From: an uncultured bacterium
GTDB taxonomy: Bacteria > Hydrothermota > UBA3072
Direction: 5' to 3'
Length of the DNA: 26,264 bases
Assembly: GCA_964594255.1 (NCBI GenBank)
Contig: CAZQNI010000001.1
Location: 1-26,264 of the forward strand
In this document: positions 7,198-16,616 of the stretch, one piece after another
How the letters are laid out: each line of letters begins with the position of its first letter
How positions within the stretch are numbered: position 1 is the stretch's first letter
Made by a program: the position numbers and the translations under genes
The notes under the pieces: model-generated
The model's input: the letters and a program-made list of their open reading frames with translations, nothing else
What the model was told of the DNA's origin: nothing
Database searches by the model: none

Positions 7198-9411
7198 TCA
7201 GAAATAAATTCTGAATCCTCCGGAAGGCAATATTGGAAGAGAATAGTAAGGTTCAATTTTTACGTTATTCTCGTATTCTTCTCCGTATTCGCAATAGTAT
7301 CCCATTATATTTTTTCTGTTGTATACATTCCAAATTTCAAAATAAGACGAAGATTTCAAACCGAAAAGAGTGTAATTGAAATTTAATCTTAAGTTAAGTT
7401 GATGAAAAGGAAAATATCTCCGGGAATTATTTTCACCTTTAATAGGTATCCAAAAAGTACCTGAGGAATCGGGAACAGCGGCCACGGTAGGCGTATAAGG
7501 GCTTCCGCTTGCATATCTGAACTGCGTGCCTAAAGAAAACTTTTTCGTAATTTCCCAATCAAAAACTACAGAAAACATATGTCGCTTATCAAAATCGGCA
7601 TAGTACTCGATCTCATCAAGAAATTCTCTTCGTTTTGCGATCCCAAGAGAGTAACTTAACCAACCGTTAAATCTTTTCGAATCTTTCTTCAAGAAAAATT
7701 CTATCCCTCGAGCATATCCTGTACCATCGCTTGAAAAGTTCTCAAGCGTATCAACCGTTACCAGGCTCTTATAATCTTTTTCATATAGTTCCACCCATCC
7801 CTGCAAATCTTTACCAAATTTATGTCTTAAACCTAATATGTAATGTATGGCTTCTCTGGAATCGAGGGACTGCTCTCTTTCGGCAACCTCAGCTCCGGAA
7901 TACTGAGAGAATAAACCTGTTGCAGCACGTATCTCAGTTTTGGGCGTCAAACTATATTGCAAAGAAAATCTGGGAGAAACATCAAAAATTTCATTTAAAT
8001 CCCAGTAGTCGAATCTCAGTCCCCCGGTAACAGAAAGCCAATCTGTAAGATTCCAGGAATCCTGAATATAGTAAGAAGCTTCCCAAGTTGTATCTTTTAA
8101 CTCAAAAATTGTAGTTTGCACTGTGGGGTCATCCGGGTCTACATTAAAATCAACCAAATCGAGCGGCAGGTCTTCCTCAATATCATAAAGACCTACACCC
8201 AATCTTACTCCTGTTTTAATAGTGTGGGGAGAATTGAAAGTCCAGGTCAAATCTTCCACAAATCCAAAATCAAGAGCATCTACATCAATTTTTACATTCC
8301 TGCCTATCTCTACATGAAACGTTGTTTTTTCTCTGGTTAAAGCGCAGACAGAATACAGATTTTCGTTAATGATGCTCTTCCATTCCAGCGTCTGCGTATT
8401 GAGTTTACCCTCATCGTATATCTTCGTGGGCATTCCTTCTTCAGGCTCATCAGTAACGAAATCAATAAGCTCGTAAGAGACGAGTCCCGAGAGATAGATT
8501 TTATTGGTTGGGTTAGGTTCATACCCAAACTTAAAATTACCATCCCAGAAATATGGAATAGGGAATTCCTCGCTATCTTTCATGACAAGGTCAAGATAAG
8601 TGCGCCGCCCAGCTATCAGAAAAAACCCTTTGGAAGTGACTGGACCTTCAAGTAAGCCCTGCATATTTATAAATCCGAGAGAAACGTTACCTGAGAAACG
8701 TTCTCTGTTACCTTCTCGGGTAGTTACGTTGAAAACCGACGATAATGCATTGCCGTACTTTGCAGGGAATCCTCCGGTTTGGAGTTCTATATTCTCAATA
8801 ATATCCGAGTTAAAAACCGATTTCATCCCACCGAGGTGCCAGGGCCACGAAACCGTACACCAATCAAGCATGAATAAATTTTCATCAGAACCTCCGCCGC
8901 GAACATACAAAACCGCTGATGAGAAAATATCTCCCATTGCAGCAACTCCCGGCAAGGTATGAATTACCCTTAAAGGGTCCTGCATGGGCCCTTCTCTCAA
9001 AAGAAAAGTTTCTCCTTCCAGCACATGGTCGCTGACTGAGCTTCTCTCAACCAATCGCTCACCTGAGACCACGACTCCCGGAAGATATATCGATTTCTCT
9101 TCGAGAACCGCATTTAACGGAACAGCTTTATTCCGTAAAACTTCTACGTCCAGCGTTTCAGCCTGATAACCCATCATTCTTACGATTATTTCCCGATGAC
9201 CGACAGGCACGTTCTGAATTATATAATATCCTTTACTATCAGTAGAAGCTCCTAATGTAGTTCCAAGTACCAGGAGATTTACTCCAATAAGCGGCTCTTC
9301 ACCATCTTTATCAGAAACCATTCCATAAATAGAACCTGTTTCCTCGGCAAAAATCACCTCTGGAATCAATGCGGAAAAAAACAAAAATAAAGCAAGAAAT
9401 AATCTTCTCAT
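7198..9411 (-). CDS. TonB-dependent outer-membrane receptor with an N-terminal carboxypeptidase-regulatory-like domain
   Basis: Signal peptide; GSIYGMVSD...EPLIGVN...GASTDSKGYY.I..VP.G domain; plug LPGV...LYVRGG..DEN.F.LD; GGFPAKYGNALSSVFNVTTREG; barrel strands ending in the C-terminal RIYF. Confidence 0.92.
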   Translation of the reverse strand: MRRLFLALFLFFSALIPEVIFAEETGSIYGMVSDKDGEEPLIGVNLLVLGTTLGASTDSKGYYIIQNVPVGHREIIVRMMGYQAETLDVEVLRNKAVPLNAVLEEKSIYLPGVVVSGERLVERSSVSDHVLEGETFLLREGPMQDPLRVIHTLPGVAAMGDIFSSAVLYVRGGGSDENLFMLDWCTVSWPWHLGGMKSVFNSDIIENIELQTGGFPAKYGNALSSVFNVTTREGNRERFSGNVSLGFINMQGLLEGPVTSKGFFLIAGRRTYLDLVMKDSEEFPIPYFWDGNFKFGYEPNPTNKIYLSGLVSYELIDFVTDEPEEGMPTKIYDEGKLNTQTLEWKSIINENLYSVCALTREKTTFHVEIGRNVKIDVDALDFGFVEDLTWTFNSPHTIKTGVRLGVGLYDIEEDLPLDLVDFNVDPDDPTVQTTIFELKDTTWEASYYIQDSWNLTDWLSVTGGLRFDYWDLNEIFDVSPRFSLQYSLTPKTEIRAATGLFSQYSGAEVAEREQSLDSREAIHYILGLRHKFGKDLQGWVELYEKDYKSLVTVDTLENFSSDGTGYARGIEFFLKKDSKRFNGWLSYSLGIAKRREFLDEIEYYADFDKRHMFSVVFDWEITKKFSLGTQFRYASGSPYTPTVAAVPDSSGTFWIPIKGENNSRRYFPFHQLNLRLNFNYTLFGLKSSSYFEIWNVYNRKNIMGYYCEYGEEYENNVKIEPYYSLPILPSGGFRIYF

Positions 9412-9465
9412 TATCCCCCCATTTTCTAATTGTTAAAAGCTTTTCTTTATTTATGTTCCAACTTA

Positions 9466-9493
9466 TATATAGATGGATTCTGTTTTTTGTCAA
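9466..9493 (-). promoter_or_regulatory. Possible sigma70 promoter for the TonB-dependent receptor
   Basis: TTGACA (9493-9488), 16-bp spacer, TATATA (imperfect -10). Confidence 0.45.
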
Positions 9494-9501
9494 GATTGAA
9501 T

Positions 9502-9686
9502 AAATCAAATGAAATATCAAAAATTAAAAAGCAAAATGACAAATAAAAATGTAAAATTATCCCTTCACCCAACCCTAGAAACTAAAAAAATTTGTGCTAT
9601 CTGTGTGATTTGTTGTTACTTTGTTTTTTTTATTGATTTTTGAACTTTGATTTGTAATTTTACATTTTGATATTTGATTTTTATAT
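9502..9686 (+). repeat. Intergenic heptamer-arm element E4
   Basis: Arm A aaatcaaatgaaatatcaaaaattaaaaagcaaaatgacaaataaaaatgtaaaa and arm B gatttttgaactttgatttgtaattttacattttgatatttgatttttatat. Nearly colinear with E3. Confidence 0.9.
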
Positions 9687-9785
9687 TCTAAAGGCTTTGA
9701 CATAAAAGGTTTCTTCAACTAGTAAGGTTGACAGTATTGTATAAATGCCCTTGACTTTATTACCTTTTATTTGTAATTATTTTGT

Positions 9786-11756
9786 ATGAAAAAGAATACA
9801 ACCTTAATGTTGCTAGGTTTTGCGATTATAGTTATTCTATTTGTAGTAATGGAATTCAGGCCTCAAATTTATATGCCTCTTGAGAGATTTCTTTATGACA
9901 GAAGAGAATTCTTTGAAATTGATCTAAGTAGGGAAAGAAAAGAAATTAATATCGTAGATATAGATAAAAAAAGTGTAAAAGAGCTTGGCAGATACCATGA
10001 TTGGCCAAGATATTACTTTGGCAGAGCAATAAATGTTATTTCCGCACAGAGACCTTACGTGATAGGATTGGACGTAATATTTTCCGTACCTGATTCTTTG
10101 AACGATTTTGCGGAATCGGTATATATGCATCGTTTAAAAGATGACTTCAAATCAATATTTTCGTCCGCTGATTCTTCAGAAATAGAAGAAAAACTTAAAG
10201 CCTTTCTTTCCTCTTTTTCTTTTGATTCCTACGTCGCGCAATCGATAAAAAAAACAGGAAAGGTAGTGCTTGCTTCCTACTTAAATAGAGACAGCACTAG
10301 CGAACCTCTAAGTGATTTGAGTGAATATTACCTTGACAGAATCAAACCTCCGATGAATCCGGAACTCTCTTTTGAGGGAATAACAGCTCCCATTACGGAA
10401 TATTTAGAAGCCGGTGCAAGTATAGGATTGGTTAACGATGTTTTCGACCCTGACGGGATAAGAAGAAAAGATCCCCTATTTTTTAATTACAAAGGCAGTA
10501 CACTACCTTCTTTTTCTCTCGCAGTAGCAATGAAAGCAGTAAAAGACTGGGATTTTAGGGATGGGAAATTGCAAATTTTGGGTAGAGAAATTCCTCTTGA
10601 AGATGACGTTTATTTAAGAATAAAATATCAGGGGGATGCAAAGACATTCCAATATGTTTCGTTTGTGGACGTGGTAAAAGGAAATATTCCTGATACTTTA
10701 TTTACAAAAAAAATAGTTTTATTCGGTTCTTCTCTTCCTGAGTTATACGATTATTCTCAAACCCCCTTTGGTGCTAAATTACCTGGGGTAGAATGTCATG
10801 CTAACGTGATACATAATCTTTTATTCTCCAACCCCATAACTACTCCTCCTAAGTATATAGTAATTATAATATCAATCTTCTTAATTTTCCTTACATTGTT
10901 ATTAGCAAACAAAACAGCTCCTTACGTTTCGCCCATAATAACTTTTATAATTATTATGGGATATATTTTGTTTACAATCGTAATGTACATGAGTTATTTC
11001 GTTTCGTATGAGATGTCAAGACCTGTAGTTGGCATTATATTTGCCTTCTTAGCAGGGCTCTCTTCCCGAATTTATTTTGGGGAAGAAGAAAAAAAGTGGA
11101 TCAAAGGCCTTTTTTCAAGATATGTTTCAGAAGAAGTAGTAAAGCAAATAATGGAATCTCCTCATTTAAGTCTTGAAGGAAAACGCCAGGATATTAGTGT
11201 TTTATTTTGCGACATCAGAAACTTCACTCCAAGAGCTGAAAAAGAAAATCCGGAAAATATTGTAGCGATTCTCAACGCTTACTTTGAAGAAATGTCAGAC
11301 ATAATTTTTCAATATGGGGGTATGGTAGATAAGTACCTGGGAGATGGAGTCATGGCACTTTTCGGAGCACCAATAAACCAACCAGGACATGCAGACAGAG
11401 CAGTTTCCTGTGCTATTGAAATGCAGAATCGTGTTCATTATCTAAACCAAAAGGAAATACTAAGAGGAAAACCTCCTCTGGAGATTGGGATCGGTATAAG
11501 CTCTGGTGAATCAGTTATTGGTAATGTGGGGTCTACAAACAGAATTGAATACACTGCTATAGGAGACCCCGTAAATACGTCTGCACGCATTGAACCTCTT
11601 AACAAAGAATATAAGACGAAAATATTAATATCGGAAAGTACAAAAAACAAACTTCAAGGAACCTATAAGATACATTTTGTGGGTAAAATCCAGCTTAAAG
11701 GTAAAAGTGAATTTACCGGTATATATGCAATCACTTCTGATTTATCCTTATGGTGA
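9786..11756 (+). CDS. CHASE2-domain class III adenylate cyclase
   Basis: N-terminal TM; CHASE2 motifs (IVDID.KS..ELGR..DWPR, IGLDVIF, D.DGI.R, PGVECHANVI.NL); three TMs; catalytic domain LFCDIRNFT, VDKYLGDGVMA.FG, EYTAIGDPVNTSARIE. Lys/Thr specificity residues indicate ATP as substrate. Confidence 0.93.
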   Translation: MKKNTTLMLLGFAIIVILFVVMEFRPQIYMPLERFLYDRREFFEIDLSRERKEINIVDIDKKSVKELGRYHDWPRYYFGRAINVISAQRPYVIGLDVIFSVPDSLNDFAESVYMHRLKDDFKSIFSSADSSEIEEKLKAFLSSFSFDSYVAQSIKKTGKVVLASYLNRDSTSEPLSDLSEYYLDRIKPPMNPELSFEGITAPITEYLEAGASIGLVNDVFDPDGIRRKDPLFFNYKGSTLPSFSLAVAMKAVKDWDFRDGKLQILGREIPLEDDVYLRIKYQGDAKTFQYVSFVDVVKGNIPDTLFTKKIVLFGSSLPELYDYSQTPFGAKLPGVECHANVIHNLLFSNPITTPPKYIVIIISIFLIFLTLLLANKTAPYVSPIITFIIIMGYILFTIVMYMSYFVSYEMSRPVVGIIFAFLAGLSSRIYFGEEEKKWIKGLFSRYVSEEVVKQIMESPHLSLEGKRQDISVLFCDIRNFTPRAEKENPENIVAILNAYFEEMSDIIFQYGGMVDKYLGDGVMALFGAPINQPGHADRAVSCAIEMQNRVHYLNQKEILRGKPPLEIGIGISSGESVIGNVGSTNRIEYTAIGDPVNTSARIEPLNKEYKTKILISESTKNKLQGTYKIHFVGKIQLKGKSEFTGIYAITSDLSLW

Positions 11757-11767
11757 GAAAAAAATTT

Positions 11768-11786
11768 AACCACAGAAAACACAGAG
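11768..11786 (+). repeat. Stand-alone 9-bp-period repeat arm (aaccacagaaaacacagag)
   Basis: Same family as 21629-21647 and 21672-21690, and as the reverse complements at 6263-6289, 19177-19206 and 23917-23946. Confidence 0.75.
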
Positions 11787-11864
11787 AAAAAAGTTCGCAG
11801 GCAGTGTTACATATTTAGGGAACTAAGTTAAAGCAGATTTATCTAAAATAAAAAAGGAGAAGTT

Positions 11865-13049
11865 ATGTTATATTTAATTTTAGGAACAATTTTAAATTTT
11901 TATACAAATGATGTAGTGATTAAAAGAGCCGATAGTACAATTGTACCTACCATAGGTATGGTAATACAGGATAATGATACAATAATAGCAAAAGATAGTT
12001 CTCAGGCGGAGATACTTTATTCCGACAGCAGCACTCTTTACATAGACGAAAACTCACGAATTGTTACCTCAGGTGTAGAAAAAAGATCTGTTTTTATTTC
12101 TGTTGGACGAGTATGGGCTAAGATAAAAAAACTAATGAAAGGTGAATCTTTTGAAGTAAAAAGCCCATTATCTGTTTCCGGAGTACTTGGAACCGAATTT
12201 GAAGCTTCTTATATTAACGATGAATCCGAAATTAGAGTGGTTGAGGGCAAAGTTAACACAAGAGACAAGCAAACAGGCAGGGAAGTAATTCTCGAAAAGG
12301 AAAAAATGGCAAAGATAAGAAGGAATAGGGAAATGGAAATAAGAGAATTCAAATTAAAGGAATTGAAAAAATGGTATGAATGGAAAAAAGGTCACCTGGA
12401 CTTTTTACTCAGAAAAATAGAGGAAGCTTTAAGTCAGGGCCGAGGTATGCAGGCCTCAAGATTAATTGCCCAGGGATATATTCTTGCTAGAAGACTAAAT
12501 TTATATGATGAGTACGAGCATAAGATTGAAAAATTAAAGAAAGAATACGAAAATTTAAAAGAAAAACAAGGCATACTAGAAAAGAGAATTAAAGAAATTA
12601 ATGTTCTTTGTAACGCGGCTACGCTGGACCTTAACAGGAAAGAACCACAACTAATGGAACTAACGGCAAAGATAAAACGCCTGTCCATGCAAGAAGCAGA
12701 GTTGGAAGGTTATGTAAACAAACAAAACGCATTCGTTGCGAAACAGCAGTTGAGCGTTATTAATCGTCAAACAGGTGAAATAGAAAGCCTAATAAAAAAT
12801 ATAAAGCCGCAAACTATATATGAATGGCAGCAAAGATTAGATAATGATTATCAATTCTTACAAAACGCTCTGAAAATGCCGGGGCTCGCTTCTGATATAA
12901 GAATTAAAGTTCAAATTACATCTAAAAAGGTAGAAGAGTTGAGAGATAGAGTGCAAGGAGTAAAGATTACCCTTATAAAAGACACGAGCGCTTTCAAGAA
13001 AATAAAACTTGAACTGGTAAAATTAAAAATAGAGACTAACCAGAGGTAA
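11865..13049 (+). CDS. FecR-domain protein with a long C-terminal coiled coil, probably exported
   Basis: Short hydrophobic N-terminus; FecR-like D.I.....S.AEI.YSD.S.LYIDENSRI, VKSPLSVSGVLGTEF and IRVVEGKV; ~220 aa K/E/L-rich helical tail. SD AAGGAGA. Confidence 0.85.
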   Translation: MLYLILGTILNFYTNDVVIKRADSTIVPTIGMVIQDNDTIIAKDSSQAEILYSDSSTLYIDENSRIVTSGVEKRSVFISVGRVWAKIKKLMKGESFEVKSPLSVSGVLGTEFEASYINDESEIRVVEGKVNTRDKQTGREVILEKEKMAKIRRNREMEIREFKLKELKKWYEWKKGHLDFLLRKIEEALSQGRGMQASRLIAQGYILARRLNLYDEYEHKIEKLKKEYENLKEKQGILEKRIKEINVLCNAATLDLNRKEPQLMELTAKIKRLSMQEAELEGYVNKQNAFVAKQQLSVINRQTGEIESLIKNIKPQTIYEWQQRLDNDYQFLQNALKMPGLASDIRIKVQITSKKVEELRDRVQGVKITLIKDTSAFKKIKLELVKLKIETNQR

Positions 13050-13089
13050 ACAACTTGTAGGATCGTTTGATAATAACAACAAGAAATTA

Positions 13090-13125
13090 ATGTGCGAGGT
13101 CAATAGGCCTCGCACATACTTTTTA
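13090..13125 (+). terminator. Intrinsic terminator after the FecR gene (convergent with the esterase)
   Basis: ATGTGCGAGG-tcaatagg-CCTCGCACAT, 10-bp stem followed by acttttt. Confidence 0.85.
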
Positions 13126-13132
13126 GTAAATA

Positions 13133-15082
13133 TTATTCGTTATCAGTTCTGAAAGGTGATGCAGGTAAGCCTTCCTTATTATATAAATTTGCGCCTTCGG
13201 GATTATCAGCCCATGCATACCGTACAGCAACAGGATTTGGAATATTGTCGTTCCAAACAATCACTTTATCACCTTCGATTTTTGCGTCCGCCCATACGAA
13301 TTTCTTATCAGCGCCACAGATAGCAAAATGATTTAAATTTCCGCCGCCTTTAACAACTAAACCGCCGTCGGTATTCGTGAATGTAAGGATAATTTTATTC
13401 CCCTTAATTTCCATATCTTTGTAAATGGGCCCCGAATATACAACATCTTTTTCACCATAAGCTACTTTTCGAGCTGCAAGAGCAAGTCTTCTGCCGACAT
13501 CCTGTTTGTTTAAAGGATGTATGTCGTTCCATTCCCCGATATCTATTGCGACAGCCATACCGGTGTTAGGAACAGCTAGCGTTTTAAGCTGATCTTCTCG
13601 AAGCTTTGCCCAGTTGCTTTCGTAAGGCTGGTCTTTTGCTTCCATAAAATTAGGGAGCTGTACATACAGGAAGGGAAAATCTCCCTGATCCCAGTTTTTC
13701 CTCCAGTCATTTATGAGGGCAGAAAATAATTTATGATATTCGTCCGGTTTCTCGGCATTAGATTCCCCCTGATACCATATAACTCCTTTAATTCTGTAAT
13801 TTAATAGAGGCGCAATCATTCCGTTATAAAGACCTAATGGTTTGTACTGAATAAAGGTCTGTCCGGGCAGCGAATCCATCTCTGCGCCTAATTTGTACTG
13901 CCATTTACCCTTTAACTCGATTACCTCATCGCCTACTATCAACTTATACGGCTTATCTTTAATAAACCCACCCCGACCTATATTATTGATAACTCTAACT
14001 ACTATGATATTTTTACCCACCTTAAGTAAATCCTTTGGTACGTCATATTTTCTTGGGGGATACTGATATGATATTGTGCCAACGAATTTCCCGTTAATAT
14101 ACACTGAATCACTATCGACAATTCTTCCCATTAAAAGCCTTGCCGGTTTTCCTGTCATGGAAGCAGGAACGTCGATTTCTTTCCTGAACCATACGACTCC
14201 ATCTACGCCTTCCAAACCTTTGTCTTCCCAGTAAGCCGGCAGTTGCATGGTTTTCCATTCGGAAGCATCGTAACTTGGATCAAACCATGTTTTCTCAGGA
14301 TTTTCGAATCCCTTATCAAGCTGCTTTAAACGATTGTACCATGTATCGCTGCGTATTTTATCTTCTCTTATAATTTTATTCACGTAAGCACTATCTTTGA
14401 ATTTCTCCGCTATTTCAAGAGATGCAGGAAATTCTTTTAAAGCATCCTCACTTAACCAGGCTTCCGCAGGTGTACCGCCAACACTTGCATTTATTAAGCC
14501 TATAGGAATTTGATATTGTTCATATAATGCTTTTGCGAAAAAATACCCCGTTGCTGTAAAATGAAGAATATTTTTAGGATTCACGGACTCCCATTTTCCT
14601 GATTTCAGGTCTTGCCCGGGTACATTAAAATCATACCTTTCTGGAACTAAAAAGAGTCTTATAAAGGGATTTCCAGCATGGGTAATCTCATCTTCATAAA
14701 GATCTTCCACTCTTTTCATAGGCAGAACCATGTTGGACTGACCCGAGCATACCCAAACATCACCGATGAGAATATCCTTTACGATTATATTATTACTCGC
14801 GTTGATTTCCATATTGTACGGTCCGCCCGCTTTCATTTTGGAAAGTGTAACTACCCATTTACCGTCGTTTCCGGTTTTAGTATTATACTCTTTGTCATTA
14901 AAGTTTATTTTAATTTTCTCTCCCGGTGTAGCCCATCCCCAGATTTTCACACTTGTCTCTCGCTGCAAAACCATACCATTGCTTATTAACCGCGGAAGAC
15001 TAACCTTGCATAAAGCAGTCTGACTAATCGCAAATAAACAAAAAAATACTAACAAATAAAACCTTTTCATATTCATTTTCAT
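13133..15082 (-). CDS. Sialate O-acetylesterase family (SGNH/SASA) protein with an inserted sugar-binding jelly-roll domain
   Basis: Signal peptide; LPRLISNGMVLQRE, GDVWVCSGQSNM, PIGLINASVGGTPAEAW, GVIWYQGESN, PFLYVQLPNF, DIHP.NKQDVG.RLA, VRYAWADNP, GLPASPFRTD. SD AGGAGG 8 nt upstream of ATG 15082. Confidence 0.93.
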   Translation of the reverse strand: MKMNMKRFYLLVFFCLFAISQTALCKVSLPRLISNGMVLQRETSVKIWGWATPGEKIKINFNDKEYNTKTGNDGKWVVTLSKMKAGGPYNMEINASNNIIVKDILIGDVWVCSGQSNMVLPMKRVEDLYEDEITHAGNPFIRLFLVPERYDFNVPGQDLKSGKWESVNPKNILHFTATGYFFAKALYEQYQIPIGLINASVGGTPAEAWLSEDALKEFPASLEIAEKFKDSAYVNKIIREDKIRSDTWYNRLKQLDKGFENPEKTWFDPSYDASEWKTMQLPAYWEDKGLEGVDGVVWFRKEIDVPASMTGKPARLLMGRIVDSDSVYINGKFVGTISYQYPPRKYDVPKDLLKVGKNIIVVRVINNIGRGGFIKDKPYKLIVGDEVIELKGKWQYKLGAEMDSLPGQTFIQYKPLGLYNGMIAPLLNYRIKGVIWYQGESNAEKPDEYHKLFSALINDWRKNWDQGDFPFLYVQLPNFMEAKDQPYESNWAKLREDQLKTLAVPNTGMAVAIDIGEWNDIHPLNKQDVGRRLALAARKVAYGEKDVVYSGPIYKDMEIKGNKIILTFTNTDGGLVVKGGGNLNHFAICGADKKFVWADAKIEGDKVIVWNDNIPNPVAVRYAWADNPEGANLYNKEGLPASPFRTDNE

Positions 15083-15141
15083 CAATAATACCTCCTTTAC
15101 TTTTTATAAGTTAGGATTTCAATCATTTCCGATTTAACTTG

Positions 15142-15546
15142 TTACGCTCCCGATATCGTCACCAGTATATTCCTGCTACTTCTCGGTCCGTCGAACTCAC
15201 AGAAAAATATATTCTGCCAGGTTGACAAACCCAATTTACCTTCAATTATCGGAATAGTTTCGCCGGGACCTACAATACCTGCTTTCAGATGAGCATCCGC
15301 ATTCCCATCCTGAACGTCATGTTTCCAGATTCCCCGGGGTATAAGCTTCCGGAGTAAGTCAACAACATCCTGTTGAACACTGTCATCCCAATTTTCCTGA
15401 ATCATTATTGCTGAAGTTGCTCCCTGAGCATAAACATTTACAAATCCCGATTTTACGTCAGATTCTTTAACGCACTCCGCTACCTGCGAGGTTATATCGT
15501 ATAACCCTTCTCTATTGGTTGTAGTTATGTTTATCGTTTTCTGCAT
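15142..15546 (-). CDS. yjbQ: YjbQ / UPF0047 family protein
   Basis: DIT..V...V..S.V..G...V...G.T.AI.IQEN.D..V..D, HD...GNADAHLKA, LG.STWQNIFFCEFDGPR..R. Confidence 0.93.
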   Translation of the reverse strand: MQKTINITTTNREGLYDITSQVAECVKESDVKSGFVNVYAQGATSAIMIQENWDDSVQQDVVDLLRKLIPRGIWKHDVQDGNADAHLKAGIVGPGETIPIIEGKLGLSTWQNIFFCEFDGPRSSRNILVTISGA

Positions 15547-15557
15547 CTATATTCCAA

Positions 15558-16601
15558 TTACCTGATGTTTTTTTGTCCGTCAAGAGGAGTCTTCATCCAC
15601 AGGTTATAGTTGTCCTTGGGTAAAAGCTCCAATTTATTCATGTCATATTTTTCCCGATTGGAGTTATACTTATCGTAAAAACCATTTTCAAACTCATAAA
15701 CTTTACCGCTAAGCGGGTCATATAATCTTTCCTTTCCCAGAATTGCATCGCTCCACTTTTCCGAAAGGATATCTTCGGTTTTATTTCTTGCCTCCCATCC
15801 CTTCATTATAATATCCGAAGTTTCACTCAATGTCTTGCCGGCTTTAAGAATACCGGCATAGGTGCTTGCCTGCTGTCTCAAACAATTGTTAACATAGTTT
15901 CGGCTAACCCAGAAACTTTTGATTGAATTGACGAGAGACTTTTCTAAATCTTTGAATTCCTCTTTAGGAGCGGTAATACCTGTAACAAGAAAACCATAAC
16001 CTATACCTCCACCAGGATTTCCGGTATAAGGAAGCATTGGTGCAACTGTTATCAAAAACAAACCTTCGCCAAGTTTTCCGTTCTTTGTAAATAAAGCCCT
16101 CAAAAGTTCCGTACTGCCTCCCGGAATTGGACACGGCTCGGATTTCCTTGAAACGATTTTGATATTTTCAAGCCTGGGGCACCCGGGCATAAATTGCTGG
16201 GCTACCTGGCTTTTTGCAATTATATGAAAATTTAAAAGAAATTCTCCCGGATTTAGAGGATTAACTGCGGGCATATCAATCCAGCCTACCGGGTATCCTC
16301 CCATACTCATATACTGTTGGTCTATCTGTTTCTGCTGTAAATTTAAGTAAACCGGACCGACTTCTCCAAAATAAAAGATCTGCCTTAAAGACTCGGAAGG
16401 GTCTCGAATTAAAAAAGCAAAAGAGCCGCATGTCCCGGCAGTGATTATTTTCCATCCTTTTGGCTTATTGATGGAGAAAAAACCTCCCTCGAATTTTCCC
16501 ATTTTTAATTTATAAGTGGCACTCACTACAGGATAAGTCCGCAAAAGAATTCCCGGAATGAGAAGCAAAGCCAATATTCTCATTAAACGAAAGTTCCTCA
16601 T
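15558..16601 (-). CDS. Secreted hypothetical protein
   Basis: Long ORF with SD (AAGAGGAGGT) and a signal-peptide-like N-terminus ending PVVSA. No family recognised. Confidence 0.8.
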   Translation of the reverse strand: MRNFRLMRILALLLIPGILLRTYPVVSATYKLKMGKFEGGFFSINKPKGWKIITAGTCGSFAFLIRDPSESLRQIFYFGEVGPVYLNLQQKQIDQQYMSMGGYPVGWIDMPAVNPLNPGEFLLNFHIIAKSQVAQQFMPGCPRLENIKIVSRKSEPCPIPGGSTELLRALFTKNGKLGEGLFLITVAPMLPYTGNPGGGIGYGFLVTGITAPKEEFKDLEKSLVNSIKSFWVSRNYVNNCLRQQASTYAGILKAGKTLSETSDIIMKGWEARNKTEDILSEKWSDAILGKERLYDPLSGKVYEFENGFYDKYNSNREKYDMNKLELLPKDNYNLWMKTPLDGQKNIR

Positions 16602-16616
16602 TTTTTACCTCCTCTT

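Noticed and set aside
7198-13049. Classical FecI-FecR-FecA iron-signalling system
   Set aside because: No ECF sigma factor, no STN domain on the receptor, FecR architecture is atypical, and I saw no clear Fur box.
269-15085. Track start codons at 269, 1930, 3170 and 15085
   Set aside because: SD position and signal-peptide or homology boundaries favour 275, 1888, 3155 and 15082.
15106-15141. Imperfect inverted repeat with GTTAGGA/ATTTAAC between yjbQ and the esterase, considered as an integron attC
   Set aside because: The boxes are in the wrong order (GTT before AAC), similar sites are absent from the other junctions, and there is no integrase.
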